Assembly: GCA_963833985.1 (NCBI GenBank)
Contig: CAWIAD010000002.1
Location: forward strand, 3,136,001 to 3,200,000
Direction: 5' to 3'
DNA: 64,000 nucleotides
Source of the DNA: an uncultured Planctomycetaceae bacterium
GTDB taxonomy: Bacteria; Planctomycetota; Planctomycetia; Isosphaerales; Isosphaeraceae
The notes beneath the pieces are model-generated. The model searched no databases. It had not been told where the DNA came from and was given only the letters and a program-made list of their open reading frames with translations. The first letter of the stretch is position 1. The number at the start of each line of letters is the position of its first letter. Made by a program: the position numbers and the translations under genes. Below, one piece after another: positions 10,259 to 19,290 of the stretch.

Positions 10259-11587
10259 ATGCGGAACGCCTCCCGTACCGAGGTTGTGCAGACCGTCGGA
10301 ACTCTTTTCCAGCTTGGCACAACGGCCGAGTGGTCCGACGGCGATCTGCTCGACCGCTTCGTGGCCGGCGAGGAGCAAGCCCGGGCGTCCGCGTTCGAGG
10401 TGCTCATCGATCGGCACGGTTCGATGGTCCTGGACGTCTGCCGCAACGTCCTGCGCAACGAGCATGAGGCCGAGGACGCCTTCCAGGCAACCTTTCTCAT
10501 CCTCGCGCAGCAGGCGCAGTCGATTCGCAAGCGGGGTTCGGTCGGGAGCTGGCTCTTCGGGGTCGCCAGCCGGGTGGCCGCGCGAGCGCGAGTGAATGCC
10601 GCCCGGCAAATGGCACGCGAACGGGCGTCCGCCCGGATCGTCTCCGTTCCTGCAACGTCCGATCCAGACGGAGACGTGATCGCCGCGCTTCATGAGGAGA
10701 TCGCTCGCTTGCCGGAGAAGTACCGCCAGCCTTTGATTCTCTGCGAGATCGAGGGGTTGTCGTACCAAACGGCTGCGACGCGGCTCGGCTGTCCCATCGG
10801 GACGGTTGGCGTCCGGCTCAAACGCGCCCGCGAGAAGCTACGGTCTCAACTGCTCGGCAGAGGGGATCTGGACGGTCTAGATGGGGATTGGGAGAAACTG
10901 GCGAGCCGCCGCAACCGCCAGCCAGCCGCTCCCGCACTGATCGCGACCCTTACTGAGCGAGCATCTCAACTGATCTCCGGCCGGCTACCCGAGGCCGGAG
11001 TGCTTCCTACCACCATCAGCACCCTCGTTCGGGAGACTTCCATGGCCATCTCAGTCAGGCAACTCATGACACGAGCGGCCGCCTTTCTGGTTATCGGATC
11101 CTCGGTCGCTGGCACGGGGGCCATCGGCTATCAGGCGGTGGTCCGGGGCGCTGCTCACGAGCCGCCCCTCCAGACGCCCGTGGCGCTGGCTTTCCGGGCT
11201 GCCGCACAGGTACCCAAGGTGCCGGTGAAACAGGACCCGGGAGATCCGGCGAAGAAGCCGCCCGTTTTCGCCCAGCGCGAGATCGCCAGGAGGGCGGTAC
11301 AGGCCATCGAGCAGATGCAGAAGCAGGCCGTGCCGACGCCGCCAGAGATTCAGCACAGGTGGGCACTGAGGCTGCTGGATGCGGAACGAGCGACAGCCCC
11401 GTCGAAAGTCGAAGAGATTGCCGCCCTGGAAGAATATGCCGCCCGGATGAAGCAGCTCTTGGAACGCGCGAAGAGCATGTACACCACCGGGCAGCTCGGC
11501 CTGCTCGATTCGCTGGAAGCGGAATACTGGTACAACGAGGCCGCAGCCTGGCTGGAAAAGGCCAGGGACGAGGCAAAGCGGCCGTGA
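10259..11587 (+). CDS. ECF RNA polymerase sigma factor with TM segment and C-terminal extension
   Basis: AEDAFQATFLIL, SWLFGVA (region 2); LPEKYRQPLILC..GTVGVRL (region 4); hydrophobic segment then helical tail. Confidence 0.88.
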   Translation: MRNASRTEVVQTVGTLFQLGTTAEWSDGDLLDRFVAGEEQARASAFEVLIDRHGSMVLDVCRNVLRNEHEAEDAFQATFLILAQQAQSIRKRGSVGSWLFGVASRVAARARVNAARQMARERASARIVSVPATSDPDGDVIAALHEEIARLPEKYRQPLILCEIEGLSYQTAATRLGCPIGTVGVRLKRAREKLRSQLLGRGDLDGLDGDWEKLASRRNRQPAAPALIATLTERASQLISGRLPEAGVLPTTISTLVRETSMAISVRQLMTRAAAFLVIGSSVAGTGAIGYQAVVRGAAHEPPLQTPVALAFRAAAQVPKVPVKQDPGDPAKKPPVFAQREIARRAVQAIEQMQKQAVPTPPEIQHRWALRLLDAERATAPSKVEEIAALEEYAARMKQLLERAKSMYTTGQLGLLDSLEAEYWYNEAAAWLEKARDEAKRP

Positions 11588-11610
11588 CGCCGATACGTCA
11601 GCCTCCGCGC

Positions 11611-12715
11611 TCACGCCGGACAGAGCCCGGCGAGGTCGCGGATGGCCGCCTGGGCGATCGGCGTGGGGCACGACCAGACCAGGAAGAAGAGCGCCTGGCG
11701 CGCCCAGCGCTGGGCGGGCTCGGAGCGCAGGAATCCGCTCCCCTTGCGCCGTCAAGTAGGCTTGCGTGGCCCGCAAGGCCAGCGCATTGGCCTGGGCCCG
11801 CACCTGGCTTGCTGCTGCCGCGTCCTTTTCGCCCCGTGCACAGGCCATGAGCAGTGCCCAGGCTTGCTGCCAGGTGTCGCAGAGCACGTCGGCCGGATCG
11901 GCCAGCTCCGCCCGGTCGGAAGCAAGGCCCGTGAGTGCCGCAAGCGCCGCGCGGGCCTGGCCGAGCGCCAGGGCCGAGGTCTCCAGACCCGCCGTTCCGA
12001 CCGCGCCGGGCTGGGCCGAGAGATCCTGGCTGGGGCCGGCAAGCAGGTCGTCCGCGGTCACCCGCACGTGCTCGAGGGCGACCTCGGTGGTGCACGAGGC
12101 TTGCAGCGCGGCCAGCTCGAACGCCGGGCGGACGGTCAGCCCGGGCCTGTCCACGGGCAGGGCGATGAGCATCTGCCGGCCGTCGTCGAGAAGTGCACCG
12201 GTCACCAGGACGTCAGCCCGCTCGGCCGCGGTCACCCACGGCATGGCACCGTCGAGCTGATAGGTTCCCGGCTCGATCTCCCTGGCGACCAGCGCCTGGG
12301 TGCCAAGCCGCCTGGAGGTCGTGAGCTGGGAGATTCCCACCGTGGAGAAAGCGCTTCCTTCCGCGATCGCACGCAGCCAGGGACGTGCCGCCGGCCGATC
12401 GCTCGCACCGGAGAGCCTGCGCACGGCGGCGTCATGCTGAGAGAGGATGAAGACCGCCGTCAGGCTGCCGCAGGCAAGCTGAGCATAGCGCTGAACCAGG
12501 AGCGGCCGCGGGCAGGCCTCGCCGCCGAACTCGCGCGGCAGAGACCAGCGCGTCGCGCCCGCGTCCACGAGTTGCCGCCAGAGCGTCTCCGGCCAGGTTC
12601 CCGCCAGATCGGCGGGCCCGTCCTCGGCGGCCAGGCTCTCGACCAGCCGCGCCATCCCTGCCTCTTCGTGGTCGTCCTCGGTCCATGGCGGCAGCGATGC
12701 GATCGGGTTGCTCAT
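11611..12715 (-). CDS. Acyl-CoA dehydrogenase family protein (frameshift near 11745)
   Basis: LPREFGG, FILSQH, LDGAMPWVTAA; C-terminus SGFLRSEPAQRWARQALFFLVWSCP continues in another frame to the stop at 11611. Confidence 0.85.
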
Positions 12716-12782
12716 GGTGCTTCCGGATGGGAGAATCCAGTCGTGTCGGTACGATGGTTATGGTCTCACAGGTCCAGAATCG

Positions 12783-13439
12783 ATGCCAGCCCCGTATTGC
12801 TATGAACACCCGCGTCCCATGGTGACGGTCGACCTGGTGGTCTTCGCGCTCTTGCAGGGGGCGTTGCATGTCTTGCTGGTTCGCCGCCGGCACGATCCGT
12901 TCGCGGGCCAGTGGGCGATTCCCGGCGGCTACCTGGAAATGAATGAGACGGCGGAAGCCGGCGCACGCCGCGAGCTGCGTGAGGAAACCGGCCTGGACGT
13001 CCCCTGCGCCATCGAGCCGATCGGCTTCTTCGCCCGGCCCGACCGCGACCCGCGCGGTCGCACCATCACCCTGGCGTATGCGGCCGTCTTGCCGCCCGGC
13101 GAATACCTGGTCCAGGGCTCGGACGATGCCGTCGGGGCGGAATGGCTGCCCTTGAAAACGCGGATCGACCTGGCGTTCGACCACGGCGAGATCCTGGCAA
13201 ACGCCATCGCCTGGGTGAAGCGCGGAGTGCTGGCGCGCTCGCGGGCGCTCGCCTTCCAGCTTCTGCCCGAGACCTTCGACCGCGATCACTTGCAGGCGCT
13301 GATGGAGGACCTGGGCCTGCCGCGCTGGCACGCCGATACGTGGCTGGGCCGCATGGCACAGTCCGGGCGAGTCGAAGCACTCGATCCGCAAGCTTCCCAC
13401 TTCCGGCAGGTTCCACCCGGCCGACCCGGGCGGTCGTAA
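12783..13439 (+). CDS. NUDIX hydrolase (NrtR/ADP-ribose pyrophosphatase-like)
   Basis: PGGYLEMNETAEAGARRELREETGL Nudix box, RDPRGRTIT, LAFDH; C-terminal LLPETF resembles the NrtR wHTH. Confidence 0.88.
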   Translation: MPAPYCYEHPRPMVTVDLVVFALLQGALHVLLVRRRHDPFAGQWAIPGGYLEMNETAEAGARRELREETGLDVPCAIEPIGFFARPDRDPRGRTITLAYAAVLPPGEYLVQGSDDAVGAEWLPLKTRIDLAFDHGEILANAIAWVKRGVLARSRALAFQLLPETFDRDHLQALMEDLGLPRWHADTWLGRMAQSGRVEALDPQASHFRQVPPGRPGRS

Positions 13440-13489
13440 AGAGCCAGCCCGCGGCCTGAACCCGGATCTCGCTCCGCTCACCGGCCGGA

Positions 13490-13984
13490 TCAGTTCGTCA
13501 GGTCAGCCTCGCAGAGCACCTCAAAGCCCATTTCCTGGAGGGTGCGGGTGGCCTGCTCGTTATTGTCGATATGCATGGCCACCGCCGCGCGGCCGCGCGG
13601 ATGGACGATCAGGGGGTAGGCGTAGTGGATATTGATCTCGGCCTGAAGCAGCGCCTTGCAGAGCTCCACCATCGCGTGGGGCGTACTGGGAAGCTCGGCG
13701 GCCACCAGCTCATTCTCGGCGAAGGCCAGCTTGTTCAGCGACAGGATCTCGCGGCCCTGTTCGGGATGACTGAGGATGAGGCGAAGGATGGAGCAATCCG
13801 CCGAGTCCGAGATCGTCAGGCCCACGATCTTGACCTTCGTCCCCTGGAACGAGCGCACCACCTCCAGCAACTGGCCGACGCGGTTCTCGAGGAAGACAGA
13901 GAATTGAGTGACAGTGGGCCAGGTCCGCCCGTGCAGGGTTTCCAGTTCAACTTCGCTGCCGCCGTCGTCCTCGCCGAAGCTCAT
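13490..13984 (-). CDS. Tandem ACT-domain protein
   Basis: QFSVFLENRVGQL..., EINIHYAY; two ACT repeats. Confidence 0.85.
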   Translation of the reverse strand: MSFGEDDGGSEVELETLHGRTWPTVTQFSVFLENRVGQLLEVVRSFQGTKVKIVGLTISDSADCSILRLILSHPEQGREILSLNKLAFAENELVAAELPSTPHAMVELCKALLQAEINIHYAYPLIVHPRGRAAVAMHIDNNEQATRTLQEMGFEVLCEADLTN

Positions 13985-14085
13985 GAGGCCCTCATCTACC
14001 TGGGCGGAAGGGGGACCAGTACCGGATTACCTAAGTTACTGGCGGCAATGCATCCCGGTCAATGGCATCGATCACGCCACGGGCT

Positions 14086-14195
14086 GCGGAAGCGGCGACC
14101 GGATCGGACAGGCGGCGACATCTTCCCCCCGGTCTTTCGCCGAGCCGCGACGGAGGCGCGCGGAAGCGGCGACCGGATCGGACAGGCGGCGACAT
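14086..14195. repeat. Two identical 36-bp direct repeats separated by 38 bp
   Basis: GCGGAAGCGGCGACCGGATCGGACAGGCGGCGACAT at 14086-14121 and 14160-14195. Confidence 0.9.
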
Positions 14196-14225
14196 ACCAG
14201 GCAGCGGTGCCGAGGAGCCTTGACC

Positions 14226-14615
14226 ATGGCTGAGATTCCGTGCGTTCTCGTCTTACTGCCGATCTGGCTTATCCTGATGGTCTGGCAGGTCCGCTTCTAC
14301 TGGGTTGTCGTGCCCGCGGCTGTGGACAACTGGGCAGAGCGTGCCGGTTACAGGCTCCTCGTGAAGCAGCGCAGGAACTTCTTTCGTGGCCCTTTCTTCT
14401 GGATGACCAGCAACGTGCAGTCCGTCTATCGGATCGAGGTGCAAGATCGCCAAGGTCTGCGCAGGTCGGGCTGGCTGCGGACGGGCACCTACTGGTGGCC
14501 CTCGACCGAGCCCATCGACGTGCGCTGGGACGAGCCGCAATCGCCGGTGCCCGACCCGGATGACGATCCCACCGCCGGCAAACCCCTGATGTGGGACCGC
14601 GACCTGGATGCATGA
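14226..14615 (+). CDS. Hypothetical membrane-anchored protein
   Basis: GAGGAG RBS, N-terminal hydrophobic helix, Trp-rich body. Confidence 0.7.
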   Translation: MAEIPCVLVLLPIWLILMVWQVRFYWVVVPAAVDNWAERAGYRLLVKQRRNFFRGPFFWMTSNVQSVYRIEVQDRQGLRRSGWLRTGTYWWPSTEPIDVRWDEPQSPVPDPDDDPTAGKPLMWDRDLDA

Positions 14616-14850
14616 GCCGTGCCCGGGTTCCCGCCTTGCAAGCTGAAGGCCATCGCTTCGGCTCAGGAAGCCTTGCTCAGACGATCCAATGGAAGCGGTG
14701 AACCGGGTCCGCGAAGGCGCGGACTTTCGTCTGGGCCTGGGGCATCGTCCCTTCTATGATGTGCGGCGGACGTGGCGTGGTCACCGGCTGTGCCACTCCG
14801 GTGGGCCAGCGGACGGTTGCTGAGACCTCAAGAATGGAGTCCGACACATC

Positions 14851-16068
14851 ATGAACGGAGCCAGATTCACGCGGTGCGTGGCACAGGCGGTAACCCTTCC
14901 GGTTTCCTGCGCCGCTGCCTTGCTTCTCCTGATTCTGTTCGCCCCCACCGCCTGGTCCGACCAGGCGCCGGACCTGCCTGGCAGCCACACGGGCGGAGGC
15001 ACGCAGGCGGAGGGCGCCAGGAAATCGCCATCCAGAGCGCTCAAGACCGAGGTTGTCAAGGAAACGGATGTGCCCTTCTACAGCACGTTCAAGACGTCGA
15101 TCGAGGCCGTCCGCGCGGCGAGTCTGCGTGCCGCCGTTTCGGGACGCATCGCGGAGATTGCCGTCAAGCCAGGGGATGAGGTGAAGAAAGGCCAGCTCCT
15201 GGTGCGGATCGAGGCACCGGAGATCGAGGCGGAGCTCGAGGAGAGCCGGTCTGGCGTGGAACGCGCCCGGACGCATGCCCGCAAGGCCCAGGCGCTGCTC
15301 GCGCTGGAGAGGATCAAGCGGGAAGCGGCACAGGCGAAGCGCGATCCGGATCAAGGGCTCGCAGTCCGCGAAGCGAGCGCCCGCATCGAGGTCGCCGAAA
15401 CCGAGGTCGCCGAGGCGGACGCCGCGGTCCAGGTTGCTCGCGATGCGGTCGGCAAGGTCATGGCACGCCTCGCTCTTGCCAGGATGGTCTTCCCTTTCGA
15501 CGGGACCGTGACCAGCGTGGAATGCCGGGAAAGCGACCTCGTGCAGGCCGGCGGTGGGAAGGATGATCCGGTGCTGGTGACGGTCATGGACATGTCGCGT
15601 GTCCGGATCGCCGTCGATCTCAACGAGCAGGACGCGATCTACCTGAAGAAAATGCCCGCCGCGAAACACAGGATCACTCCAACGGGCATGCCGCCGATCG
15701 AGGCCAGCTTCACGCGCTTCGCCCCGGTAATCGATCCGGCCAGCAGCACCGTGCGGGCGGAGTTCGAGCTTGGTAATTCACAAAGGACCCTGACCCCCGG
15801 CCAGTCCACCGAGGTCGTCGTGCGCGTTGAGGACCGGCATCACGTGATCACGATCCCGATCTCGGCGGTCGTGATGCCGGACATAGGCGACCATTACTGC
15901 TATCGCCTGATCGATGGCCGACCACAACGTGTCTTCTTTCTCTACTCGAGCTTTGAGAGAGGCAGTCGCGTCGAAGTCACGGGGCTCAAGCCGGGTGATC
16001 TCGTGGTGCTGGACGCCACACAGGTCGACCTGCCTGAATCGACCTCGGCGCCCGTGGTTTCGCCTTGA
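14851..16068 (+). CDS. RND efflux periplasmic adaptor (MFP/HlyD family)
   Basis: Signal peptide, VSGRIAEIAVKPGDEVKKGQLL lipoyl half, coiled coil, PFDGTV, GLKPGDLVV. Confidence 0.88.
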   Translation: MNGARFTRCVAQAVTLPVSCAAALLLLILFAPTAWSDQAPDLPGSHTGGGTQAEGARKSPSRALKTEVVKETDVPFYSTFKTSIEAVRAASLRAAVSGRIAEIAVKPGDEVKKGQLLVRIEAPEIEAELEESRSGVERARTHARKAQALLALERIKREAAQAKRDPDQGLAVREASARIEVAETEVAEADAAVQVARDAVGKVMARLALARMVFPFDGTVTSVECRESDLVQAGGGKDDPVLVTVMDMSRVRIAVDLNEQDAIYLKKMPAAKHRITPTGMPPIEASFTRFAPVIDPASSTVRAEFELGNSQRTLTPGQSTEVVVRVEDRHHVITIPISAVVMPDIGDHYCYRLIDGRPQRVFFLYSSFERGSRVEVTGLKPGDLVVLDATQVDLPESTSAPVVSP

Positions 16069-16205
16069 AGGCAGCTTCCGGGGGCGATCATGACCGCGTC
16101 ATGTCTGCGAACCAGTGCCGGAAAATTTCTTCGAGAAAAGTGAAACCATTTCGCCCCCGTGCGCCTCCACGAGGATGGAGGAGGGGTCCGAGAGGGTTCG
16201 TTCAC

Positions 16206-18176
16206 ATGGCAAAGCCAGGCCGCGCCGGCGTGATTGATGATCTGGGCATGCTGCTCTCCGCGGGAACCCCCTGCGGGCTGCCTGATGACTGGCTCCTTGA
16301 AATGTTCGTCAGCCGGCCCGACGGTTCTGGCCAGGCGGCGTTCGCGGCGCTCGTCCAGCGGCACGGCCCGATGGTGCATCGAGTTTGCCGGGGCGTGCTC
16401 CGCGAGTGGCACGACGCCGATGACGCGTATCAGGCCACGTTCCTGATCCTCGCCCGCAAGGCGCGCTCGATCCGTGCGGGAGGTTCGATCGGGAGCTGGC
16501 TCTACGGTGTCGTGCGCCGGGTGGCCATTCACGCCCGCAAGGAGCGAACCCATCGCGGTGAGCGGGAGCGATCGGCCGGGATGGCGCTGCACGAGCGCCT
16601 GGCTTGCAGGGAGCAGGCCGAGCTCATGCCGGAGGTCCAGGAGGAGCTGGACCGGCTGCCCGAGAAGTATCGGGCCTCGGTGGTCCTTTGCGATCTCGAA
16701 GGCTTGACGCATGAAGCCGCCGCAAGCGCCCTGAGGGTGCCGGTCGGCACGCTCAAGGTGCGGCTGTTCCGGGGACGCGAGCGGCTGCGCGGGCAGTTCC
16801 GGCGCCGGGGTCTCGCTCCGGAGCCGCTGGCGGTTGGCATCCCTGCATCGGGTCTCTCTCCACCCCCCTCCAGGCTGGTCAATTCCACCATACGGGCCGC
16901 GATGAAGATCGCGGCAGGCAAGGCGGCCGGGACCTCCGCCCCGGTCACCGCTCTGGTCCAGGGAGCACTTCGCGCCATGTTTCTTGCAAGGCTGAAATCA
17001 TTGGTCCTGCTCGTGTTTCTGTCCTTACCCGTGATCCTTTCGGCCACGCTGTCGCGCAGCGCGGGCCCGCAAGACCGCGAGCCGCCGAAGGCCGCCGCCG
17101 GCAAAGCACAGCAAGAAGACGCTCAGGGTGAAGTCGAGCGCTTCACCGAAACCCTCAAGAGGTCCGAATTTGCCGGGACCCTGAGCCAGGCGACATCACT
17201 TGAGGCCAGAGCGAAGATCAACCTGTTTGCCTCCGTGGACGGCAGGCTGGAGAAAGTCCTGGTCGATGTCGGCGATCACGTGACCGCGGGCCAGGTGCTG
17301 GCGGAGATCGAAGCACCGCTGCTGCTTGCCGACCTGCAAGAGGCCGATGCGCTCGTCGCACGGGAAGCCGCTCGAGTCGACCTGGCGACGGCTCACCTTC
17401 AGGCCACCCAGGCTGGGCTCACACCGGAGTTATCGTCGAGGAACAGCAGCAATTCCGTGATCGGATTCGCGACTGCTCAGGCAAAGGCCGAGCTGGCGAT
17501 GGCCCAGGCCGAGCTCAAGGTTGCCAAGGCACGTTTCGAGCGCGCCCGTTCCCGCGTGAGCGCCGCCAGGGTCGTGTCCCCGATCGAGGGAGTGGTGAGC
17601 CGCCGCTTGCTGCAACAGGGCGAGATGATCCGATCTGCCGAGGAACGATCGTCGCACCTCTTCGAGATCCTGGAAACCTCTCGGTTGAGAGGCAGGTTCT
17701 CTGTTCCAGAGGGACAGGTGCCGTACCTTCACAAGGGCTTTCCCGTGATCCTGCGTTCGAAATCCGAGATGAACCGTCTCTACCTGGGCAAGGTTGTCCG
17801 TATCGACACCTTTGCGGCGGAGATGCTCGGCGGGGAGATGGCGGTTCCCGCCCTGCTCGAGTTCGAGAACCCGGACATGCGGTTGCGAATCAATCAGCGC
17901 GTCATGGTCACCGTCAAGCTCGCCCTCAAGCCAGCGGCCCTGACCGTCCCCATGAGCGCGGTCCTGAACCGGGCGGGCTTTGAGGGCACCGAGGTGGGAG
18001 AGTGTTTCACCGTCGTGGATGGCAAGGCGTCCTTGACCAGGCTCAAACTTGGCGCCGTGGACGATCAAGGCAAGCGCATCGAGGTCCGTTCCGGCCTCAA
18101 GGAAGGCGACGAGGTGATCACGATCGTCACTCCTGATATCAGGAGTGGAGAGCCGATCGGTTCAATCAAGAAGTAG
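16206..18176 (+). CDS. ECF sigma factor fused via a TM helix to an RND periplasmic adaptor (MFP) domain
   Basis: ADDAYQATFLILARKA, LPEKYRASVVLC (sigma); VDGRLEKVLVDVGDHV, SPIEGVV, GLKEGDEV (MFP). Confidence 0.87.
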   Translation: MAKPGRAGVIDDLGMLLSAGTPCGLPDDWLLEMFVSRPDGSGQAAFAALVQRHGPMVHRVCRGVLREWHDADDAYQATFLILARKARSIRAGGSIGSWLYGVVRRVAIHARKERTHRGERERSAGMALHERLACREQAELMPEVQEELDRLPEKYRASVVLCDLEGLTHEAAASALRVPVGTLKVRLFRGRERLRGQFRRRGLAPEPLAVGIPASGLSPPPSRLVNSTIRAAMKIAAGKAAGTSAPVTALVQGALRAMFLARLKSLVLLVFLSLPVILSATLSRSAGPQDREPPKAAAGKAQQEDAQGEVERFTETLKRSEFAGTLSQATSLEARAKINLFASVDGRLEKVLVDVGDHVTAGQVLAEIEAPLLLADLQEADALVAREAARVDLATAHLQATQAGLTPELSSRNSSNSVIGFATAQAKAELAMAQAELKVAKARFERARSRVSAARVVSPIEGVVSRRLLQQGEMIRSAEERSSHLFEILETSRLRGRFSVPEGQVPYLHKGFPVILRSKSEMNRLYLGKVVRIDTFAAEMLGGEMAVPALLEFENPDMRLRINQRVMVTVKLALKPAALTVPMSAVLNRAGFEGTEVGECFTVVDGKASLTRLKLGAVDDQGKRIEVRSGLKEGDEVITIVTPDIRSGEPIGSIKK

Positions 18177-18249
18177 GGGCTGCCCAGCCGGCAGCCGACC
18201 GGGCAGAATGCTCCCAGCGAACCAGATCGGTGCGGGGAGCCGGGTGATG

Positions 18250-19001
18250 AGGATATTATGGATAGGCACCTTGCGACGTCAGCCAGGGCAGCGGCCCGGT
18301 GTGCCGTCGCCGCGCTGGGCACACCCTATAAGGTGATCATCATGATCATCTTGAGCGCCTTGATCATCTTGATCACCTTGAGCGCCTGACAGGCCGGGGA
18401 GGACCGACCTGGACGCCGCTCGGCTCCTGACGTTATCCCGTGAACGGGAATACTAACTAAGCGGACCCGCAGAAGTCTCTGGACAGGATTGCCGTTTGCT
18501 TGCCCGGGGCTGAGAGCCCTGCCTGGCCGCTCTTCTCGTGGGGTACGATTCCAATCGTGCCTTTCCTGGTCCATCAGACAGAAGAAGTGACACGATCGGA
18601 ATCGTGTCCCACGACAGGATCGAAGAAGTGACACGAGCGGAATCGTGTCCCACGAGGAGAGCGGCTTCCCGGTCATCCAGGATCGCATCAACCTGATGAA
18701 TGCCTGTCAAAGAACGATTGCGAACCTGCTTGGCCAGAAATATCCCTTATAGAGGATAGCCCCCAGGGTGGCTCCGCACAGGGCAGCGCAGCGGAACCCA
18801 CGGCACTGGGCCGGCTCAGCCACCCTATCGATCCACCAGTTTTCAGGAACAGGCTCCGGATGGGGGGGGGTAAGGCGCTCAAGATGATCAAGGCGCTCAA
18901 GATGATCATGATGATCACCTTGTAGGGTGTGTCAAGCGCAGCGACGGCACACCGGGCCGCTGCCCTGGCTGACGTCGCAAGATGCCAATCCGTATAATCC
19001 T
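18250..19001. repeat. ~130-bp inverted repeat pair (18250-18387 / 18873-19001) with 9-bp tandem units; MITE-like or invertible segment
   Basis: CTTGCGACGTCAGCCAGGGCAGCGGCCCGGTGTGCCGTCGC...AAGGTGATCATCATGATCATCTTGAGCGCCTTGATCATCTTGA recurs reverse-complemented. Confidence 0.88.
18527..18664. repeat. REP/REPIN-like cluster: one palindromic unit inverted relative to two tandem units
   Basis: CGTGGGGTACGATTCCAATCGTGCC versus GAAGAAGTGACACGA(T/G)CGGAATCGTGTCCCACGA x2 (41-bp period). Confidence 0.75.
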
Positions 19002-19055
19002 TACGGTGTGCTACGGATGCTACAGAGGCTTCCGTCCCCCAGGCCGTCCTGACTC

Positions 19056-19098
19056 TCAGGCTGTCAGATGGTCAGGCTGTCAGATGGTCAGGCTGTCA
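19056..19098. repeat. 16-bp tandem repeat, about 2.7 copies
   Basis: TCAGGCTGTCAGATGG TCAGGCTGTCAGATGG TCAGGCTGTCA. Confidence 0.85.
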
Positions 19099-19104
19099 AA
19101 GGAG

Positions 19105-19250
19105 AGCGCATCGAGGTCCGTTCCGGCCTCAAGCAAGGCGACACCGTGATCACGATCGCCACCCCGGAGATCAATCAGGGACGGACGGAGAGTCGATCGT
19201 CGATCAAGAAGTAGACCCTGGCCTCCGGGCAGACGACCGGGCAGAATGCT
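19105..19250 (+). pseudogene. Diverged duplicate of the 3' end of the ECF-MFP gene plus downstream sequence
   Basis: Encodes RIEVRSGLKQGDTVITIATPEI...SIKK* versus RIEVRSGLKEGDEVITIVTPDI...SIKK* at 18073-18176; first 29 nt identical. Confidence 0.85.
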
Positions 19251-19290
19251 TCCGTCAGCCGTCATGTGCTGCCGGGGATTCTCATCATTC

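Noticed and set aside
14086..14195. CRISPR array call
   Set aside because: Only two repeats, no cas genes, no leader and no typical repeat termini; kept as an unexplained repeat.
18326..18918. ORFs with MIKALKMIMMITL / MIIMIILSALIILSAL peptides
   Set aside because: Translations of the 9-mer DNA arrays; no RBS or protein-like content.
18073..19250. Diversity-generating retroelement TR/VR pair
   Set aside because: Differences are not adenine-specific and include an indel; no reverse transcriptase in the window.
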